Shown: one piece after another, positions 15,736 to 21,832 of the stretch
How positions within the stretch are numbered: position 1 is the stretch's first letter
Layout: every line of letters begins with the position of its first letter
Source of the DNA: Candidatus Nanosynbacter lyticus
Lineage (GTDB): Bacteria; Patescibacteriota; Saccharimonadia; Saccharimonadales; Saccharimonadaceae
DNA: 32,000 bases
Direction: 5' to 3'
NCBI RefSeq assembly: GCF_000803625.1
Contig: NZ_CP007496.1
Span: 90,001 to 122,000 of the forward strand
Notes under the pieces: model-generated
What the model saw: only the letters and a program-made list of their open reading frames with translations
What the model was told of the DNA's origin: nothing
Database searches by the model: none
Made by a program: the position numbers and the translations under genes

Positions 15736-15744
15736 TGGTATAAT
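15736..15744 (+). promoter_or_regulatory. extended -10 (TGGTATAAT) for tmRNA
   Basis: Ends 14 nt before the GGGGCTG 5' end of ssrA. Confidence 0.6.
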
Positions 15745-15758
15745 CATTATTGATGTGC

Positions 15759-16158
15759 GGGGCTGATATAGCTTTCGACAATTGGACTTTATCAAGATAT
15801 TCTGCGAACCGACGATACACGTAACGTATGCTGTAGTTGCAAACTTTGTTGCAAAAGCAAAGTCATTTGTAGCGAGCGCTTTCGCTCCTAAGATGGCTTT
15901 TGCGCCAATCGCTGCTTAGTTTTTAGCGATCATCCTAGCATCGTGGCAACAGTCAATGTTGTAGGGTGTCATATATATGTTGCTTGCTGTATGTTCGGAA
16001 GTGGCGGACATACGGGACTTTCTCCGCGTAACGAAACTTAGTTTTTTTGACTCATTTTTTAGCTAAGTGACGTTATAAAATTTTTAAATGAGCCTATGTT
16101 CGTAGACGAGTATCATGATACCAGTTGGACCCGGGGGCAGTACCCGGCAGCTCCACCA
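15759..16158 (+). ncRNA. ssrA: transfer-messenger RNA (tmRNA)
   Basis: 5' GGGGCTGATATAGCTTTCGACA and 3' ...CAGCTCCACCA form an Ala-type acceptor stem with G3-U70. The tag ORF resumes at GCA 15839 and stops at TAG 15917-15919, inside the hairpin ATCGCT...AGCGAT. Confidence 0.9.
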
Positions 16159-16170
16159 TGTATATTTGAT

Positions 16171-16193
16171 TCGGCCGAGAGGCCGGTTTTTTT
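16171..16193 (+). terminator. intrinsic terminator CGGCC-GAGA-GGCCG + T7 after tmRNA
   Basis: GC stem with GAGA tetraloop, followed by seven T. Confidence 0.8.
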
Positions 16194-16216
16194 ATTTGGT
16201 AAGTAATGTAGGCTGT

Positions 16217-16251
16217 AAAAAAACAACCACCTGCGAGTAGTGGTTGTTTTT
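16217..16251. terminator. bidirectional terminator A7-ACAACCAC-N9-GTGGTTGT-T5
   Basis: 8-bp stem flanked by A and T runs. This second terminator lies only 25 nt after the tmRNA one, so it is probably used by a minus-strand transcript. Confidence 0.65.
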
Positions 16252-16316
16252 AAAAAGTGGAGTTTTACAAGTTCTTTTTATTTTTGGCTTCTGTATAACT
16301 TTTTTATTCAGAAGCT
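16217..16316 (-). ncRNA. candidate small RNA (~100 nt), unknown function
   Basis: Minus-strand consensus promoter TTGACA-17-TATTAT (16346-16351 / 16323-16328). Then hairpin GCTTCTG-N15-CAGAAGC, an A-rich linker, and the terminator at 16251-16217. No ORF. Confidence 0.45.
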
Positions 16317-16322
16317 ACCCCC

Positions 16323-16351
16323 ATAATAAGTCATAGAAATGCTTATGTCAA
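16323..16351 (-). promoter_or_regulatory. promoter TTGACA-17-TATTAT (minus strand)
   Basis: Perfect -35, 17-nt spacer, and a -10 matching 5 of 6 positions. Confidence 0.6.
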
Positions 16352-16687
16352 CAGTATTTTTATAAAAAACCTAAGTAAAAAATACTACACTCACTATCAT
16401 CATTATTTATCACCGTCTATGCTGGCGAGGTGCTATAGAAGATTGATTTGTGGCTGATCGTTTGTATCACCTGAGAGTTTTTTCTTAGGACGGTTTGTGT
16501 CATAGTCTGCTGGGGTAAAGACGTTATTTGTATAGTCGGGTCTATGGCTTATGTCTTAATATATTTTGAGCTGGCTTGTAATGTCCAGGGCGATTGTGTA
16601 ATTTTGGAATAATCACTATTTGATATGACGCAATAATTATTTAAAAAAAGTATGCACGATAGCTGTGACTGTGGTGATGAAAAGAAG

Positions 16688-16703
16688 AAAAAAAAAGGGG
16701 GGG
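16688..16703. repeat. homopolymer pair A9 G7 directly abutting a TATAAT box
   Basis: AAAAAAAAAGGGGGGG at 16688-16703, then T, then TATAAT at 16705-16710. Confidence 0.9.
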
Positions 16704-17053
16704 TTATAATGATTGTAAATATTTAATATATTCTGATTGACAAAATACTTAGTTCATTTTGTGAAGTATCTAAAGATTTGTACTGTAGATTTATATAGGT
16801 AAAAAATAAACCAATGTTGTTGAGTTCTGGCGTGTTGGCGAAAAGGGCGTGGTTATTTTAAATTGCACCCTCTGTAATGACTTTAGTTGCCTTGACATGG
16901 GTATCATTATGGGACTGCGATAGGGCAATAGTCGTAATACTGTTGTAAAAAACACTTAAATAGATAAAATTAGATTTACCACTTTAACAGATGATAATTT
17001 TAACAACAGCTAATAATAAGTAAATATTACAATAATTTTTAATAATGTTTTGG

Positions 17054-17082
17054 TTGACACAATAAAGGGGTTGTGCTAGTAT
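17054..17082 (+). promoter_or_regulatory. strong promoter TTGACA-17-TGCTAGTAT preceded by an AT-rich UP-like tract
   Basis: Perfect -35 at 17054-17059 and extended -10 at 17074-17082. About 90 nt of more than 80 percent A+T lies upstream. Confidence 0.65.
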
Positions 17083-17088
17083 AAACGT

Positions 17089-17440
17089 AAGCTTTTATTG
17101 AAAACCAAAAAGCAAAAAACACATTAACAATTCATAGACAAGACTCAACATTTAAGAGTAAGTACTTGACGGACAATTGGCTGCATGATTTTTATAATGA
17201 CGCAGCCAATGCTCCGCCTTTACGATACTTCGCAAATTGTAAAAGCGTTGAGCGCGCGGCCAGTACCGCATGCATCCAGCTAATCCTCGTTAAGATGTTA
17301 GCGATTATAATACTGGATGTATGCAGAGGAACGCTGCAGGGATGCTCCTTAATTAAGGAGCGGTCAATCGTCTCGAGCGGTAGCTAAAAGCTATAGACAC
17401 CCGCGCCTAATAGTTATTTTTTATCGGCGGATGGTTGTGT
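17089..17440 (+). ncRNA. candidate structured RNA or long 5' leader (GC-rich multi-helix element), unknown class
   Basis: Hairpin 17177-17209 (8 bp). Long-range helix 17207-17218 with 17425-17436. GCGCGG 17254-17259 pairs with CCGCGC 17401-17406. 57-nt irregular hairpin 17268-17324 (12+5+5 bp). 18-nt palindrome GCTCCTTAATTAAGGAGC at 17344-17361. Hairpin TAGC-TAAAA-GCTA at 17381-17393. Confidence 0.4.
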
Positions 17441-17487
17441 TTATTTCTGATAATACTATCGCTCAGGCTTCTTGTTTATAGTATTAT

Positions 17488-17865
17488 GTGAGTATGGGGA
17501 TAAGAATAGTTAGTCTCATTGCATTGGTTGCTACGATTTTTATTGCTGTTTTGTTGAATGCGACTAATCCAAGTAGTACGGGTCCGTTTGGAATTTTGGC
17601 ATTTTTTACGTGCTTGTATATATTGTTTATCTGTATAGTCTATGTGATATTTTTAGTTTCGGAGCGAATAGCTGCGAACTTTTTTAATTTTAATAAAATC
17701 TCTGAGAAGTCTAAGTATAAAATATATTATTATTCTACTATGATATCTCTTGCTCCGACTATTTATGTTGGGATGCAGTCAATGGGCGGTGTTGGGTTTT
17801 TCGAAGTAATGCTGCTGGCGATTTTTGAGCTGTTGGTGTGCTTTTTTATACATAAAAGATACTAA
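17488..17865 (+). CDS. small 4-TM membrane protein, unknown function
   Basis: 125 aa with four hydrophobic helices. GTG 17488 or ATG 17494 could be the start. -10-like TATAGTAT lies immediately upstream and there is no SD. Confidence 0.6.
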   Translation: MSMGIRIVSLIALVATIFIAVLLNATNPSSTGPFGILAFFTCLYILFICIVYVIFLVSERIAANFFNFNKISEKSKYKIYYYSTMISLAPTIYVGMQSMGGVGFFEVMLLAIFELLVCFFIHKRY

Positions 17866-17922
17866 TATCTCGGAGCACCTAAACGTATGCTTTTAAGTGG
17901 TGACGTGATACAATGTATATGT

Positions 17923-18375
17923 ATGAATCCGGAATTACCACAAGTCAGCAGGAATACTGAGGTACAACCCCAGATCTTTGTGGGTGGCGAGAATGGTGTA
18001 GAAAGTACAATAGAAAGTCCTGAACTGATATCTGATACAGAGCGTAGACAGTCTTCTGTCGTTGAGCAATACAATAATATACCAGTAGCATTGCCCGTCG
18101 ATGACACCGATGACTCAGCCGCTCTTCCGAATGATGATAAAAATACAACATCGGTAAATGCAGGTTCGACTTCGATCCCTAGCGACGATATGCCATTAGT
18201 TGCAGCAGACGAGGATCTAATTGAAAAAGAGTGGGTAGATAAAGTAAAAAAAATTATAATTTTAACGAAAGATGACCCTTATGAGAGAAGTAGGGTTATT
18301 ACCCAGCTGCAAATTGATTATTTGAAAAAAAGGTATAATAAAACGTTGGGTAAAGATTATAATAGTGGTGAATAG
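17923..18375 (+). CDS. acidic protein with disordered N-terminus and helical C-terminus, unknown function
   Basis: The start is moved to the Met at 17923 (MNPELPQ...) because the extended -10 TGATACAAT (17906-17914) lies inside the longer track ORF. D/E/S-rich N-terminal half. C-terminal EKEWVDKVKKIII...QLQIDYLKKRY. Confidence 0.55.
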   Translation: MNPELPQVSRNTEVQPQIFVGGENGVESTIESPELISDTERRQSSVVEQYNNIPVALPVDDTDDSAALPNDDKNTTSVNAGSTSIPSDDMPLVAADEDLIEKEWVDKVKKIIILTKDDPYERSRVITQLQIDYLKKRYNKTLGKDYNSGE

Positions 18376-18383
18376 GTTTTTAT

Positions 18384-21233
18384 ATGGGTGCGGGTCCTCT
18401 GATTGTTAGTTTTATAGTAATAGTTATTATTGCGGCTGGTATTACGGTGGCTTTTCTTCAGTATCGTAATATGCTTAGGGAGGCTAAAAATTACGAACGT
18501 GGGCTGAAAATGGTGCCACTACTTATTCATTTACCGCCAACTAGCGAAGATGTTAATGGCTCCAATAGAGATGAGAGGGACCTTACGGAAGAGGTCTTGT
18601 CCCAAGCTCAGGTGATGTACAATATTATCTCAAGTACGGCTACGAAAGGGTTTAAAAGTAAGGTTTATGGACAGCGTCATATGTCATTTGAGATTGTTGC
18701 GCGTGGTGGGCTTGTCCATTATTATGCTGTAGTTCCGTTAGTGCTAGTGGACGTTATTCGTCAGGCCGTAGCAGCTGCTTATCCATCTGCTCGGCTAGAA
18801 GAAGTCACTGACGCTAATATATTTAGTAAAGTGGGGAAAATGAGTGGTACTATAGGTGGTGAATTTACTTTAAAGAAGTCATTTGTATATCCGATATCTA
18901 CTTACCAAGAGTCAAAAAGGGACGCTTCTAGGGCACTTTTAAATGCATTGTCTTCTGCTTCTAGAGAGGACGGTATAGGTGTTCAGTTCTTATTGAGGCC
19001 AGCTTATGATGGGTGGTCAAAAGCTTCAGAGTCTCATATTGATGGTATGAAAAAGAATAAAGGTAAGAAAAAGGGGCTGGCTGGTGTTGCTCCCCTTGAT
19101 ATTATGGAGGCATTGTGGAAGCCGCCAGAGGGTGGAGATAAGGACGAGGCAAAAAGTCCAGAAGATAAGCAATTGAGTTCTTTAGAGCAGGCTGAGGTTG
19201 ATGCCATTAGCGAGAAGACTAGATATCCTGCCTACGAAGTTCTTGTGCGTGTTGTAATTTCCTCAAATACCGCAGCTCGTTCGCAGGTGTTGCTAAAAAA
19301 TATCATTGCTGCTTTTTCGCTATTTGATTCCCCTCGTAATAACGGTTTTAAGTTTTCTTTAACGAGAAACGTTGAGGAAATGACAACGGCTTATATCATG
19401 CGATTCTTTCCTCAAGAAACTCGTAGTAATATTCTCAACAGTGTTGAAATGGCAACATTATTCCACCTGCCAGGATCTAGCGCAATCCCGACTTCACAGG
19501 TTAAGCGTCAAATGTCAAAGCAGGTTGATGGACCAACTGACATTCTAGACGAGGGCCTCCTAATAGGATATAACGAGTTTCGGGGAGTAAAAAAGCCAAT
19601 TCGTATAGGTACAAAAGATCGCCGTCGCCATGTTTACATTATCGGTCAGACTGGTGTCGGTAAGTCGGTGCTTCAGGAGAATATGGCATACCAAGACATG
19701 ATGGATGGCCGTGGGTTTGCTTTTATTGATCCGCATGGCGATTTGGTAGAATCGTTGCTAGGAAAAGTGCCAAAAGAGCGAGTTGAGGATATTATATACT
19801 TTAATCCTTCAGATATGGCCAATCCAATTGGGCTCAATATGTTTGAATTTGATACGCCGGATCAGAAAGATTTTTTGGTTCAAGAGGCAATTAATATGCT
19901 ATACGGGTTATACGACCCAGGACATACGGGGATCGTCGGTCCTCGTTTGGAGCATATTTTTAGAAATTGTGCATTACTGCTAATGGCAGATCCCGCAGGT
20001 GGAACATTTATTGATGTGCCAAAGTGTCTTATTGATCCAGAATTTGTTAAGAGTAAGCTGAAATATGTAAAGGATCAGCAGGTTATTGATTTTTGGACAA
20101 AGGAATTTCCGGCATCTCAGCGCTCAAATGAAGCTGGTGAGGTCGTTTCGTGGGTTGTGGCAAAGTTTGGCCCATTTATCTCTAATGATGCTATGCGTAA
20201 TATTATTGGTCAAACAAAATCTGGCTTTAATCTGCGTGAAATTATGGATAATAATAAGATTTTACTAGTTAACTTGTCGAAGGGCAAAATGGGGGAGCTA
20301 AACTCCAAGTTGTTGGGTATTATCTTTGTGATGAAATTTCAGGCGGCGGCAATGTCGCGGGCCGATATCCCGGAGGACCAGCGAGTTGATTTTTCATTAT
20401 ATGTCGATGAGTTCCAGAACTTTGCTACAGACAGCTTTGAATCTATTCTATCAGAGGCTCGTAAATATAAATTAAGCCTTATTATGGGTAATCAGTTTAT
20501 GACCCAATTAACCGATAAGATACGTGAAGCTATCATTGGTAACGTTGGTACGGTTATCTCCGGGCGTATTGGTGTGACGGATGCAGAATTGATGGTTAAG
20601 AAGTTCCAGCCGACTTTTGATGTTGACGATTTGGCTAAATTGCCAAATTTCCAATCTATAACCTCTGTAATGATTAATAACGTGCCGTCAGCTCCATTCA
20701 GTATGAACTGGATCCCTCCGATGGGGCAGGCCAATAACCAGTTGAGAGATGCTCTAGTAAGGTTGTCTGCAGCTAAGTACGGCAAGCCGCGCGCGGTTGT
20801 TGAGAAGGAGATTTTTGATAGACTTAGGAGTAGCCAGATACCAAAGCTGAATTCTATGCAGGGTATTTCATCTGCTGGTCAGAAACCCTCAGCCGGAGGT
20901 TCGTCTTTCTTGGATGAATGGCTAGCAAAAAGACAGCAGCTAGGCGGAAAGCCTGCGGTAAATCCGGTTACTAAACCCAGTGGCGTGCAAATTTCTTCAT
21001 CAGCGCAGCAGGTCTCAGGTAGCGTGGGGTCGATAAGCAACACTCCTTCTGCGGCCGCTCCGGTGGGCAATCCTATCTCTCTACAGAATAAAGACTCTGA
21101 GCGGGACATAGCTACAGCTAACACCAATAGGCTACCTAGTGCCGTAGAGCCTAGCCGTCCTGTAGTTAAAAATCGACTTGATTTACGTAGCAGTAATAAT
21201 GATGACAACGAAGTGACAATTAATTTACGATAA
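18384..21233 (+). CDS. membrane-anchored FtsK/HerA-superfamily P-loop ATPase of the VirD4/TraD/TrwB coupling-protein type
   Basis: 949 aa. N-terminal TM helix, then a ~390-aa unrecognised domain. Walker A IIGQTGVGKS, IDPHGD, Walker B LYVDEFQNF, and ARKYKLSLIMGNQ. ~150-aa S/A/G/P-rich tail. Confidence 0.75.
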   Translation: MGAGPLIVSFIVIVIIAAGITVAFLQYRNMLREAKNYERGLKMVPLLIHLPPTSEDVNGSNRDERDLTEEVLSQAQVMYNIISSTATKGFKSKVYGQRHMSFEIVARGGLVHYYAVVPLVLVDVIRQAVAAAYPSARLEEVTDANIFSKVGKMSGTIGGEFTLKKSFVYPISTYQESKRDASRALLNALSSASREDGIGVQFLLRPAYDGWSKASESHIDGMKKNKGKKKGLAGVAPLDIMEALWKPPEGGDKDEAKSPEDKQLSSLEQAEVDAISEKTRYPAYEVLVRVVISSNTAARSQVLLKNIIAAFSLFDSPRNNGFKFSLTRNVEEMTTAYIMRFFPQETRSNILNSVEMATLFHLPGSSAIPTSQVKRQMSKQVDGPTDILDEGLLIGYNEFRGVKKPIRIGTKDRRRHVYIIGQTGVGKSVLQENMAYQDMMDGRGFAFIDPHGDLVESLLGKVPKERVEDIIYFNPSDMANPIGLNMFEFDTPDQKDFLVQEAINMLYGLYDPGHTGIVGPRLEHIFRNCALLLMADPAGGTFIDVPKCLIDPEFVKSKLKYVKDQQVIDFWTKEFPASQRSNEAGEVVSWVVAKFGPFISNDAMRNIIGQTKSGFNLREIMDNNKILLVNLSKGKMGELNSKLLGIIFVMKFQAAAMSRADIPEDQRVDFSLYVDEFQNFATDSFESILSEARKYKLSLIMGNQFMTQLTDKIREAIIGNVGTVISGRIGVTDAELMVKKFQPTFDVDDLAKLPNFQSITSVMINNVPSAPFSMNWIPPMGQANNQLRDALVRLSAAKYGKPRAVVEKEIFDRLRSSQIPKLNSMQGISSAGQKPSAGGSSFLDEWLAKRQQLGGKPAVNPVTKPSGVQISSSAQQVSGSVGSISNTPSAAAPVGNPISLQNKDSERDIATANTNRLPSAVEPSRPVVKNRLDLRSSNNDDNEVTINLR

Positions 21234-21248
21234 ATATCGGATGATTAA

Positions 21249-21821
21249 TTAGCGACTTTTTCTATTATTTATGAAGCCTACTCTAGCGTATTCAATGACT
21301 GCGCCTATAGACCAACCTGCTACAAATAACACAATCACCTCTGACCCTGATAATAAATAGCCGTATCTTTTCGCAATAAAGTATACAAAAACAGAGGCTA
21401 TTGCACCTAGTGCGCCAGAAATAATTAAATTAGGGCGGGCAATAGTATTGCCAATGGCGTCACTAGTTTTTTCAACAACTGGATTATGGATAACCTTACT
21501 AAATGCCCTGGATGGAGCTGATAATTGATTTTGGACGTTGGTCAGAGTCTTTTTATATGAGTTATCAATGTCTTTTTTAGTGAGAGGCTTATCTTCTTTA
21601 GCCTCTTTAGATTGACGCTTTTCTGTTTGCTCATTTTCGTGGCGGGTGGCTAGTTCGATAGCCTCGTGCTTGATATTATTCTCATTTTCGGCATTAGATT
21701 TTTCTTTTTCTATGGCTTTTTCTAGAGATTTGGCAATTTCAGTAGATTTTTCGTTATTGACATTATGCCAAGCTTCGGTATCAATAGAGTTTTCTGGGGT
21801 AGATTTTAATTTTTCGCTCAT
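21249..21821 (-). CDS. membrane protein with E/K-rich N-terminal region and two C-terminal TM helices
   Basis: 190 aa. Charged, coiled-like N-terminal 110 aa, then hydrophobic segments. Lies 11 nt downstream of the LPXTG protein gene, so probably the same operon. Confidence 0.6.
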   Translation of the reverse strand: MSEKLKSTPENSIDTEAWHNVNNEKSTEIAKSLEKAIEKEKSNAENENNIKHEAIELATRHENEQTEKRQSKEAKEDKPLTKKDIDNSYKKTLTNVQNQLSAPSRAFSKVIHNPVVEKTSDAIGNTIARPNLIISGALGAIASVFVYFIAKRYGYLLSGSEVIVLFVAGWSIGAVIEYARVGFINNRKSR

Positions 21822-21832
21822 TTTTACACCTC

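Noticed and set aside
17258-17272. Resemblance of GGCCAGTACCGCA to the T-box motif GGTGGTACCGCG
   Set aside because: There is no UGGN acceptor-pairing bulge and no specifier-loop, AG-bulge or GNUGGGA elements. No terminator/antiterminator pair is in the right place, and the downstream gene is not an aaRS or amino-acid gene.
17166-17387. 73-aa ORF with TTG start inside the non-coding island
   Set aside because: It has no SD or leaderless-type promoter. Its frame coincides with the GC-rich segment that forms extensive nested helices, and its composition does not look protein-like. It is treated as RNA structure, though conservation analysis should confirm this.
16194-17487. Possibility that the ORF-free AT-rich island is the replication origin (gyrB/gyrA are nearby)
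   Set aside because: I found no cluster of DnaA boxes; the best matches to TTATCCACA have 2 or more mismatches and are isolated. No dnaA or dnaN is adjacent. An origin cannot be fully excluded without GC-skew analysis of the whole genome.
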